A stretch of 64,000 bases of DNA, from positions 55,304,001 to 55,368,000 of the forward strand of contig NC_134473.1 in the NCBI RefSeq assembly GCF_964194025.1, in the 5' to 3' direction. Under the pieces are notes generated by a model. That model did no database searches, was not told the origin of the DNA, and saw nothing but the letters and a program-made list of their open reading frames with translations. Positions 32,682-45,200 of this stretch are shown here, one piece after another. Source of the stretch: Convolutriloba macropyga. Taxonomy: Eukaryota. The translations under genes were made by a program, and so were the position numbers. Every line of letters starts with the position of its first letter. Position 1 is the stretch's first letter.

Positions 32682-34782
32682 AATACCTGCGAAGCGTTAG
32701 CGGCTATTATTGGGGACATCGTGGTTTTTTACAATTCAAAGAATTTGAATTTTATTGGGGTACTGTGTCTTTCTAAAGATGTTTTTACACATTTTTCAAT
32801 GACTTTGATCTTTCAAAACGGGATAAACAGGTAAAGCTCAGCCGGTATTAAGTTTCATTATAGACCCAAAGTGGGCTTTAGTACTCTTTCACGTGCTAAG
32901 AGTTATGCAGCTGCTGGGATGGCCTTAATTTAAGGTTAAAAGGTCATTTTAAGTAGTTTTTCAGCTCAAAATGGCATTTTTTGTCTTTGAGGTTTTTTAG
33001 CCTCAGGGGCCAGGGAATCTTCTTTAAGGTTTGATAATAGGTTTCTGCATATTTTCTAGTAACAATGGAATGGTTTTCAACATTTTGATGTCTCGAATTT
33101 TAGCATTTTTTTTCAAGTTTCCCTAATTTTTTTTTTCAATTTTTGATTTTTCTGGCCTCAAGGGTCAGAAAACCTATTCCATGCTCTGAAAAAAAGTTAC
33201 TGGATGGTTGTTAGTGTCTTTGGAATTGTTGCCAACAATTTAACATTTCGAATTTTGGAATTTTTTTCATAAAATTTGCATTTTTCAAGTTTTTTGGAAA
33301 CATTTGTCTTTTCGTTTTTTTCTCGTCTCAGTAGCCAGGTCAGCTCTTTCAGGGTTTGAGTGTATGTTATTACATAGTTGCTTGGGGTAATCGAATGGTT
33401 TTCAACATTTTAATAGAACGAAGTTCTTTTTGATACCTAATTTATCGATATTTATCAGCCTATGATTTTTTAGGGCTTGGAATTGGGTTACTGGATATTC
33501 TCTAGAGACACAGAAGTGGTTCTAAAGATATTAATATCACAATTTTCAGCAGCTTTTCCTTGAAATTTGCAATTTATTTCTTCGAATTTTTGTCATTTTC
33601 TGAGTTAATCGATGTTCAAGGGCGAATGATTTTTTTCAGGTCTTGCAGGTATAATACTGGGCCGATTTGAGACACAAAATTTGGTATTGAACAAAGGTAT
33701 GTTTAAATGGATCACATTTTGCCTTAGGGGTAAAAGCTTCAATAGTTTTAGCAATGAGTATTTTTTGTTGAGTTTGTTTGATTGTTTGTTTCTCAACTTT
33801 TCGAGATAATTTTGTGTTTTGGCTGGGATTGTTCAATTGTTCTGCTTGTCACGTAAAGTACTTCTTAGTTTTTTATTCAATTCTTTGAATTGTGTTTCAG
33901 GACTTGTTCTCCTGTTTTTTTGAGATCTGTTCACACATTTTCATGATATTTGAAGTCAAATTGGAGTTGAGTTGTGATTTTGGTCACGCCGAAAAAGGAA
34001 GTGGGGCGAAAAAGCGAATGGTTTTGCGGCGTGACATTTTTTCACTCGAAAATTAATGTTAAGTAAAAATATAGTAAGAGAAAAATTTGCTTTCTCGCTA
34101 GTGGTTTTTTGTTCACTGCGGCATTTCGACATTGATTTTGGCTCTTTTTTTATTGATTTCTAAATGGTATTTTAGTTTTATTCATAGTCCGTTTTAGGTT
34201 TTGTTTTTCGTTTAGTCAATAAAATTTTTTTGAATTGTACGTCATGACTTGTCCTATGTTTTTTTTAAATCGTCGTCTCTATCGATGATTCTTACGACCT
34301 GACTTCGTGGAATTGACTTTTTCAATGACTTCAGCGACTTCCACTGCTTTGTAATTAAAATTTGTGTTCGTGACGTCATTTTTGCTTTTAGGCCAATTGC
34401 GTGACTTACCTCACTCATCAATATGACTTTTGAACTTACTTCATGAACTTTATGAACATGAACTTTATGATTTTTATGAACATTTACTTGTTGAAGATCT
34501 ATAGTGTGCATCTAATTAGTGCCAAACTTATATGCCCTAATTCTTGAGCATTAGTCTTGAGTTTTTGATTTCAAATATCAATTTTGAAAAAGCTGTTTTA
34601 GGGCTTTTTTCCCTATAGAGCGTATGTGTCATAAAATTTACAGCCCAAATCTAACCCAAAAAGTCTAGTGGTCTATTAGAGGACTGGTGGTCGAATTGTC
34701 TGTCTTATTTCTTTAGATGTCAATTCATGGAAGGCCACAAACGTCTATCGCGGCCATTTTCCGGCAATATGCCGGCTATGTT
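32682..34782 (+). mobile_element. HINE/DINE-1-like element, copy B (diverged)
   Basis: Degenerate 5' subTIR/IR, body shared with copies D and G, 3' CGCGGCCATTTT-CCGGCAATATGCCGG-CTATGTT. Confidence 0.65.
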
Positions 34783-35815
34783 TTACTTTTATTTACTTGC
34801 GTACCGTCTGTGTTTAATTTCACCTTGTTTCTGAATGCCAAATGTTTTGAATTGCCAAATGTCGTTAGGCAAATAATTACTATTAAGTTCTGATGCGTAT
34901 GATAATCCATCGCTATCAGTTTTCAGTTGATCGAAAGTGATCTGCTTTTTTGGACACAATCTTGGATTGCAGATTTTCTTTTTCGTGTACCTGGTTTTTT
35001 TTTCTCAAGTTAGATTTTGATGTGTCTGAAACGATGAAATGTTGGTGCGAAATCGTATTGCAATCTTCCCTCCATTCAGGCTTTGTTGTTGTCTCTGGCG
35101 TGCTATAATGATAGTCTGCTAACATTTTCTCAACTTGACAGCCTTTAATTTAATTTCAGCCTTTTTTGCTATGATGTCATTTGGGTTAATGATATTGCCG
35201 GTTTGAAGAGACAAAAATAATTGGAAGAAAAACTAACTTTCTTTTGGAAATTCTTATTCTGGGTTTGGCTTTTTTCTGTTTTATTAGAGATGACTGGTGT
35301 TTAATTGCTCTCGAACAAAGTTTGAAGACGTTTTTTTATTAATATGTTTGTAATATTGCTTGACCGTTTTTGCAGTTTTGATCTAAAACATACTTTTGCT
35401 CTCGGGGAATTTTTTACACTTAACTCTTGATTTGTGGCTTTTGTTGGTATTATAAAGGCAATTGTTGTTGCAATAGCAAAGCAGGTATAGATTAGCGTTG
35501 AAACTCTCAATACTATCGGGGAGGTCGAGGAATCGATCAGCTTCGCTCTGTTGGATGTATTTGCAGGCGCGGTAATTTTATGCTGGCACCCTTGTGGATT
35601 AAATTACCTCTCCTGTTGTTCGAGAGTAGGTATTCCAACTTAGTCGGTTTGTGTTTGAGCTTTTGTTCTAGAACATTTTTTTTTGACTTTTTGAGTGATC
35701 TAAGTTGCTCTTGTTCTGAAATAAGTTTGTTGGTTACAGCGATTTTGAGCGTATGAAAAACAGCGATTTTGAGCGTATGACTAACTTCGGATGAATTGCG
35801 CTCGACCGACCGACG

Positions 35816-36048
35816 GGGCAATTTAATTTAGAGAGGGTGTATCTAAGAAATGCTTTATAGGTGCAAAAAATTCCCAACTAGGGTTAGAACCCGGACTTCG
35901 AGGTTGTCAGCCTGACACCTTACCACTGCGCTAGAATGCCTTTGATTTCAAATTGCTCTGAATCATTTTAAGGAACAAACTTTATTCAGAACGAGAGCAA
36001 CTTAGATCACTCGAAAACGAGGAACTAAAAATCTAAATTAAATTGCCC
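35816..36048. mobile_element. 233-bp MITE-like element with perfect 17-bp TIRs, carrying a tRNA-like sequence
   Basis: GGGCAATTTAATTTAGA (35816-35832) / TCTAAATTAAATTGCCC (36032-36048). Confidence 0.7.
35871..35940 (-). pseudogene. tRNA-derived sequence (A/B boxes, CT-GAC-AA loop)
   Basis: GGCATTCTAGCGCAGTGGTAAGGTGTCAGGCTGACAACCTCGAAGTCCGGGTTCTAACCC; acceptor stem does not pair. Confidence 0.55.
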
Positions 36049-36294
36049 GGGCCTGTCGTTTGTCGGATTATATTTGATTCGCTTACGCCAATAAGTTCTG
36101 TCTCATTATACTGACTGTAATACGAGAGAAGCATATAAAATTATCAGGGACCTCAATGTTTTATACAGCGCTATTTTTTAGAGAAAATTTGATGGCGCGG
36201 GACGTCTAATTTTTATAACACATTTGTAATGGACACTGTAGATAATAAAAAATTGCGGTTTTGAAATAATTTTCAGTTTCTGTAATTTTTCAGA

Positions 36295-39200
36295 ATGACT
36301 GATTGTGATATTGAAGTGATAGACATTGAGAAGGATAATGAAGAAGACATCCAAATCATTGAAACCAAAAACAAGAGTCAGAAGTCCTCTGAAGCTGACG
36401 ATGACAAAGCAAAAGAAATAAACAATGAGAACCAGGGAATTGTACCTACCGTGAATACAATTGCTGACGATTCCGATAGTGACAATGATTGTGTAAATAA
36501 TGTTTTTTTTATATTGTTGGACCTACATAAAAGGAATGTTGAAGTAGGCTACAGTTTAACCCCAATATTAGTCCATTTTAAGGATTTCTAGCTGTGGTTT
36601 GTGTGAGTGCAAGCTTGAAATCCCATGTTGAAATTAATGAAAGTATGGGTTTTCAATCATTTCAAGGTTTCATGGTATTTCAAGCTTGCTCCTACCTAAT
36701 TTTGTAGTCACACTTACTACATGAGTAAAGTTATTAAATCTTTTTATTTAAATATTTTTGACGATAAAGCGATTTCTCTAATTTGCAAAAAGTAGAATGA
36801 ACTATTATGTGATAAAAGTCTTGAGGTACGGTGTTGACGTGTTGTTTTCGAAATAGTTTTTGAGTGATATCAATTTTGAACTGTGAAAAATAATTGATAA
36901 TTTTGTTGCGTCGATGCTCAATTTTTAAGTGTTTAGTTATTCTTCCTATTGCATGGATTTTTGTTTTAGCTGTATATTAAAATTATTGTAATTTTAGACT
37001 CTTGCCTCTTTGGCGAAGACGGCCAAGGCTGAGAAGTTGAAGCAGGAGGCGTCGAAGTTGGGTGCGAAACCTCTTACGGACCTGTTCAGTGACAATGCAA
37101 ATGACTCTCAACAGCCATATGATGCGGTGAGTCACTGATGTTCTAAGCTAAATGAAAAATGTTTACGGAACATAGCCTGCCATTTTTCATGTAGCACCGG
37201 AACAGTAACCTAATTCAAAATGTGTTTTGAGTACCTAAAGGTAACAATCAAAATTACTTGAGAAATCTTAACAGATCTCTACGGAATTTTATGCCTATCT
37301 CTGTTTGGTTGCTGAAAAAACATTGAGTATATGAAACGCAATAATCCTAGTGGTTTTTCGGCACTTGAAAAATTAGATTTTTAAACAAGAGAACAAAAAA
37401 AAATTCTTCGGATTAATCAATAGTCCCAGGTAAAACGTTCTATTCAAGAAAAACGACAGGTCTCCGCGAATTGTGGAATGGTTCATCGCTCTGCCCTTGA
37501 CGTTAATATCAAAGCATGCAATCACTCACTTGAATAGATTTTACCCAATCAAGGTTTTAGAGTAAAAATCTTTTCTCAAATTATGGAAAAAATAGATGAC
37601 ATTAACTTTGCTCTATCAATATTCGGATTTTGCCTATTTGCCTTGATATAGTCGATCAGATTTGTACCTTGTACATCACTGCGAACCGCTACATTACGAC
37701 GCAGAAGTATGCCCCAAAATTTCTGCCTTAGTAAAATTGGCTCGAAAATTAGATACATACAATGAACGAAATGTGGAGACATCCTTTGTATCTTACTTTT
37801 CGCAAAAGGGGTTCCGCCAATTTTGCGAAATAAAAGAACATTCGGAACGAAAAGTAGGTTACAAGTCTTGAAGCACGTTTCCGCTCAATTTAGGTATCTA
37901 TTATTCGCGCGCATTTTGAGCATGCAATAAGCACTTTAATAAGCATTTTACTATACCTCGGCGTCGTAATGCTATTTTTTCCCTAAAGGAAAGCTCCTTA
38001 AATGACTGAAGATGATGAGTTGATTTAGTATGGCGTATTGTTTTAATATGAATTCAAAATGTTCATTCAAAATTGTTCACTATGTAGTTTATTTATTTTA
38101 CAAAATGTTCTTTTGTGGAGCCTTAATACAGGTAGCATAGATTATTTAATTTCCAGATCCTCATAGTATAATTTTTTATCAAAGAAACAGTTCGATACTC
38201 TTTTGTACGCATAGAGATGGGTACATAGAGATGGGGAGTATAGTGTCTTATGGCTGCAAGAACCATAAACAAGAATTTAATTATGAACAATTGGTTGAAT
38301 GTTACAGGAGAAGTAGTATTTGATTTGTGTCCGAACAAAGCAGTCCCAGACAAAACAGTTCCAAATTGCAAAATATTCCCAGACAAAACAATTTCAGACA
38401 AAATAGTCCAGAATAAATATCAGAAGAATTGTAAATATAATCTTCAAACAATCTATGAGTTAAGCTTCTGAATGCATTGTTTTTCGTTGATATGAATTAG
38501 GATTAAACCAAAAACTCGTTTCAAAATACATTTTGGCAAGAACTATATTGTAATCAGCTTAATATTTGTTCAATGAAATACAAGCATATGAATAAACTAA
38601 AGAGTTTCTTGGTTAATTGTTGCAAATATGCTTAACTTTATCTTTCGGACTATTTTGTCTGGCACTGTTTTGTCTAGGAATATTTGCTACTCGGGACTGT
38701 TTTGCCCGGGACTGTTTTGTCTGTTCACCATTTGATTAATTGATTTCAAAGATCATAGTTCTCATTTTTGACCCAATTCCTTATTATCTATACAGCGTTT
38801 GATCAGCATAATCAATATGGCATTAAAAAGAATGAGTTGAGTTGTTAAAATTTGCAATTTATGTTTACTGTATTGGTTTGTTATCTGCAAAAAGTATTAC
38901 TTCTGAAGGTTGGCTTAATTAGAGATCTTATATTTGCGTGAGGAACCAAACAGAGTTTGATAAGGACCATCGGTATTCGACTAATACATTTCTGCCAGCA
39001 TGAGGAAAAAACAGTTTTCAATTACCTGTTCTTAACTCAGGCACGATCGAGGACACTCCAAACGCTACCTTGTTAAATCATACATCTCGAGCTGCCTAAG
39101 TAGTGATTATTACTTAAGGTATCAAATACTTTTTGAAAATTAGGAAAATTGTTACTAGCCTTTTTTTATGGAACATGTTTTCTTTACTTGTTTAACTAGG

Positions 39201-42200
39201 GCATATATTTTTTGTTTCTGCATTTAAATGGTTTGCTGTGAACAAGGTTAAATTATGTATGAAGTCTAATTTAGATTGGTTTTTCGTAGAAAATGGTTGC
39301 TCCATTCAATTGCAACTGGTTTTGGTCAATTATAGTTTCGTTTTTGATCCACTTTTATGAAGTCGTAAAACACTTTTTGTAACTCACCTTATATCAATAA
39401 TTGCTCTTGGCTAACGAATTTTTAATAGTTATATCAAATTTGCACTTTAAAGCATGTAGTGGTCTGTAATAAGCTTTAATAGTTTAATTTGAAGCTCTTT
39501 GATATTATTCATTACAGTGCTGAGGTATACCCAAATCGTCACGGGCAGATATCCCCGATGTGTGTATCTCGTGTTCGTTTTTACTATGTTAATACATTGA
39601 AAGTGGTACAATATTGCGGAAAATAGCTATTTTAGCAGAAACCGGCAAAATGGAAGGGAATATCGTATCCCATGTTCGCAAAAGTGTCCTAATTTTAGCC
39701 GCGAAATACAAGTACAAACTCAATAACCTATTTTTCGCGCGAGTTGTATCACACATCCGCTCAATTTACGTATCGATTTTTCGCACGCATTGTAGCTCGA
39801 TTTCGCATATAATCCGCATTTAAGCCTTAATTAAAAACTACTTATTTAATTAAGCCTTACTTATTACTACTAGTAGTACTTTATTACTACTTTATTACTA
39901 CTTATAGTACTTTGTTACTACTTATTACTACTTGTTAGTACTATTTATTACTACTTATTAAAATTGGCCATTCCCACATTGATATACAAAGCCTTTGATG
40001 TGCGAGAGATTTTTCGGAAAAAAATCAGTTTTTGTGGTTGCATGTATTTAAAGTACTTTAAAGCTTTGAAAGCTTCAATTAAATCTTTATTAAAGTGCTT
40101 ATTGCATGCTCAAAATGCGCGCGAATAATAGAGACCTAAATTGAGCGGAAACGTACTGCAAGATTTGTTACCTACTTTTCGCACCGAATGTTCTTTTATT
40201 TCGCAAAATTGGCGGAACCCCTTTTGCGAAAAGTAAGATACAAAGGATGTCATCTAATTTCGTTCATTATATGTAACTAATTTTCGAGCCAATTTTACTA
40301 AGGCGGAAATTTTGGGGTATACCTCTGCATCGTAATGTTGTCTCCCTCTCGTAAAAGCATTCTTCAATTTACCCTTCTGCAAATTGTTTGAGCCGTGCCT
40401 GTCGTTCGAGAGCATTTCAGTATTACGAGTCGGTCATTTTTGTTAGTGTTCTTCAGAGGTATTTTCAGTGTTTTTAATTTTTAATGGAAATGATTGCTTT
40501 AAAGTTAGAGCAGACAGTTAATATATAGCCAAATTTTTGATTTGTACTAAACCGTTGTTTGGCTTTTGTCTACTGGGCTTTTTTGCAATAGCTGCGGTGG
40601 GGTTGATCGAAAGTTTGTAGAGAGAGTTGTGAGGTAGATTGATAGTTTCCTAAAAAGTAGTTCGTGCCATTTTTTTAAGATTCCCATTGAAATAAGCTGA
40701 AAATTCACATTTTCTATTTTTTTTCAGCGCTAAAATTCCATTTCTTGCTGGAATTAAACGCGTTTTCTTTCATGGCTAGATCGGAAATGCTGAGACGTAA
40801 ATGGTTACTGGGGCTGTTTTTTTATCTAACAGGAAATGGAAGAGAGGAAACGGAAAGCAATAGAGTTGCGCAGACAGGCAGAAGAGAAGCGAGCTGAAGA
40901 ACGAAAACAGCGGGAAGAGGAGAAAAGGAAGAAGGAAGAGGAAAAACTGCAGAAACAACAGGAGACAGAGAGGGCTAAAGCAGAGAAAGATGAAGCGAAG
41001 CGGTTGGCACTGGAGAAGAAGGCAGAGGAGAAACGGATTAAGGAGGAAGAAAAGGCGAAGAAGGATGATGACAAACTACTGCAGGTTGGCAAATTTTATG
41101 GGGTCTTCTAGTTTCAACGCTTTCGCCCTTATTAGGATGGAAACTTGTGCGTGCTACCGCAACGCAAACGTGTTATATTAACAAGTTGGGATTTCTAAGT
41201 GCCCGGGGACTGAGTAGATGCAAATAATGGAAATAGTTTACGGTTTTTCAATGGTTCGTGTATTCAGTTGCTGTAAGGTAAATATGCAATTTGAATATTT
41301 TGAATGTGTTGAGTCCTAGTGTATTCCTGGTATACCAGGAATATGTGATTTCTGGTGATCATATTAGTTGTTAAGTCTTTGTATGAATTCGTTTTAATCT
41401 TACTATAATCTTTTATGATATCTTAGTGTATGTGCATCAGATATAGTAAATTTTATATAATAAACAAGGCGGCTCGAGCGAGTCTGCGGAGAATGGAAAG
41501 TTCAAACATATATATCAAGTTTGCAAAAAAAAACTCGGCAAAAAATTGATGACACTTTTCTTCGATGTCAAAAACGGCTGAAATCTTAAGAGCCCTCAAT
41601 TTGATATTTCTTACCAACCATATTCATCTTGACTATATTCATCGTCATGTTGTCGCTAATTATTTTGCGCGTAAAATTGATGTTCAACAGGCATATTCGA
41701 TGCCAAAAAACTGCTGAATTAAAGCACCGAGTAAAAACTCTTTTTAACAGAGAAACTCATTGCGTTATCAAAAATCTACTTGAAGCAAATGAATTTTTGG
41801 AGCAATTTTGAGTACTTTTTTCGTTAATGTAAAAAATATCTATCAGCTGAATTCTTCCGAACTGTCAATTTGAGACATTTGTGCCAATAATCGTTCGTAC
41901 TGACAATCACACTATCTGTCAAAAGTAATCATTCGCAAAATTTAAAGTGCGGATACAAAAACTATCTCGGTAAAAGATCGAAAAATATTAGCTCAAAGAA
42001 GGGAGAACCTTGATGCCAACAAATAACTTAATGAAAGTGATCTCCAACATTGGCTTAAGAACTCACATAACCTAAAAATAACCCCAAAATTTCCAATTTT
42101 TCTTCAAAACATGTTTTCTTATTTAAAGCATCCGTTACTTTTACTACTCAAGTCAAGAGCTGCTGGGATTTTTTTTTAAAAAGTTGTCCAAAATATAGTG

Positions 42201-45200
42201 ACCATATTAGAGTGTTTTTTCCAGTCTTTTATTTTCACTCTTAATTTCCGCAAAGCGATTGCTGGAGCTGTTATTGCTTTTTCTTTGTTTTTTTTCGCCG
42301 TCAAGATTTTCGTTACAATCATTTGAAGTCGCGATCACTTTCAAATCTGCTTTTTGTTCATTCATGCTATTTCGTGCGGAACGTCAGACTGAAGAGCTTC
42401 CTGAACGTCATTTTTCCCTCACAGTGGAGTGATATTTTGTTTAATAGCCGCCCTCATCTTCTCAGCCGGCTATTATAGTGCTCCTATTTTTTTTTACTTC
42501 GTCGAATAAAAAAATGTTTCGCTTTACCTCATTTTGCCGCCTTTTCAACATTTTGCGTGAAATCTTTTTGACTTCTCTAGGCAAGTTTCTCTCTTCTCTC
42601 ATTCTGCTAAAAGTGATTTTGAACATCAGTTGCTCAGCAAAGCAATTCACAATGAACAGAGTTAGTACAAAAATGGATGTCAGAAATAAAAACGGGATAA
42701 ACCCATAAAGCCCAATTTTAGATGCCCGCTATTTGAACGTCGTTCCTATAATTCTTATTTACAATCTCTAATGCTTATTGTTATTGATAGTAGTCCATGT
42801 AGCCTCTCTCTGAGAAACAGAAGTATGTTCAACTACGAAATGCCATCAAAATAAATCGGACTTAAAAAAATGTTTTTGTACAAAATTTTTTTTTCAATAT
42901 CTGTTAATTCAATCCCAATCCTGCCTATTGGAATCAACGGCGGCTATTTTCCCGAAATCTGCCGGGTATGTTTTTGGTTGTACGGGACCAAGTTTTTGGT
43001 TATATGTGACTTTCTTCACACAGACTTTCTTCACTTATCACTTTTCTTTACCTAAATGCAAGGAGATAAGATCCAATGAATGAATTTCACTCTAACTGAA
43101 GGTTACTTGAGAGCAGCTAATCGAAGCAGCAATAGATTATGCATATTCTTAATCAAAATATGACATCTCAGCTGTTAATAAAATTGGAAAGTTTTCTGTC
43201 TGTTTTCAGTCTGAGATTTTCTGATATTTTTACCGCAATATCACACAATCTCCACTATATTTGTAGTTTAGCATAATAAAAAATTTTTACTCTTGATGTT
43301 CTTTTTACATCAAAAACTTTACCACTAAGTTGTGTACAAAATTTTACCAAGTGAGTACGGCTATACTGAAAAAATAAATAATTCCAAAATTTCAAAAGTA
43401 TTGCGTTTTCTATTTAAAATTTTGTTTAAAAATGGTCAGTTTTCATAGTGAATGAAAAAAGTCAGTTTTCACCATTTTTCTAACCACTATTTTGTCGTAT
43501 CATACTGGTTGTTTTTGTATGTTTCGAAGTGTGCCACCTTCGGGATCAACTGGGGAGATAAAACGTTCAGTTTAATTAAAAACAGCGAATATGGGATCTA
43601 AGAATATAACATGCTTTTGATATCTTTAAGAGGTTGTCTTTCTTGTTAATAGCCGCCCTCATCTTCTCAGCCTGCTATTATAGCGCTCCTATTTTTTTAC
43701 AATTCAAAGAATTGGAATTGTATTGGGGCGCTGTGTTTTTTTTAAGATGTGTTCTCACTTTTTTCAATGACTTTGATCTTTCAAAACGGGATAAACATGT
43801 AAAGCCCAGCGGGGTTTCATTAGAGGCCCAACGTGAGTTTCAGTAGTTCTTCAAATGTTAAGAGTGCTGCAGCTGCTGAGATGGCATTAATTAAAGGTTA
43901 AAAGGTCATTTGTAGGAGGTTTTTGGCTCAAAATGTTTCTTTTTTTCATGTTTTTTGTGATTTTTTTTTATTTGTTTTGTTTTAGTCTTACGTTTAATTT
44001 TTTGAGAAATAATTAAGGCCTTTTGCGAGACAAAACAACTTGTTATTACCATTTTATGGGCTATATGTTTTGGTACTACATATACAAACATGCAAATTGA
44101 TACAAATTTTTGCAATTTTTTTCAAGTTTTTCGAAAATGTTTATCATTTTTTGAGTTTTTCCAGCTTCAGGGGCCAGGAAATTTCCTTTGTGGTATGACA
44201 ATAGAGCACTGCATGGTTTGTAGTAACAATTGATTGGTTTTCAACTTTTTAATGTCTCGAAATTTCAAGGTTTCCTAAAGTTTTTGTCAATTTTTGATGT
44301 TTGTCCATTCTCAAGTGCCGGAAAACCTATTCCACACTCTGATAAAAACTTACTTCGTGGTTGCTGGCTTCAATGGATTTGTTATCAACCAATCAGCTTT
44401 TGAATTATTGAAATTTTTTGATAAAATTTGCAATTTTCAAGTTTTTTCAAAACATTTGTCTTAAGTTTTTCTTGCCTTAGTAGCCAGCTAACCTCATCTA
44501 GGGTTTGATAATATGTTATTAGATAGCTGCTAGGGGCCAATTGAACCGTTTTCAACATTTTAATAGAACGATTTTCTATTTTTTGAAATTTGAGATTTTT
44601 TCTAAAAATTCTTGCCTATCGATCTTTGAGCCAATGAGTTTTTTAATGCTTGGAATTGGGTTAATTGTTAGCCTTTAGAGACGAGAAGTGATTCTGAAGA
44701 TACTAATATCACGTTTTTCACCAAATTTTGCAATTAGTTTCTTTTTTTATATTGCGTTCATTTTTGTGTTAATCGATCTTCAGGGGCCAATGAATTTTTT
44801 CAGGTCATGCAGATATAGTACTGGACCGATTTTAAAAACAAAAAATGGTCTTAAACATATTTTTGAAACATGTATTTTTACATTTTTAAGGGGATGAAGT
44901 TTTGCCTATGTGAAAAAGCTTCAAGAGTTTTAGTAATGAGTAAATTTTCGTTTTGTTTGTTTGATTGTTTTAGTTTCTCAATTTTTGAGATGATTTTGGT
45001 TTGTAGATGACTGGCTTTGTTCAATTGATCTGCTGATCAGGTAGAGTACTTCTAAATTTTTCATTCAATTCTTCGAATTGTGTTTCAGAACTTGTCCGGC
45101 TATGTTTTTTACTTCGTCGAACTTTTTTTCGCTTTACCATTTTGCCGCTTTTTCAGCACTTTGCGTGAAATCTTTTTGACTTCTCTAGGCTAGTTTCTCT

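Noticed and set aside
37692-40337. A single 2.6-kb transposon with 250-bp TIRs
   Set aside because: 37692-37971 has its own TIRs and CTA TSD, and 39510-40337 has its own ends, so two separate MITE copies fit better.
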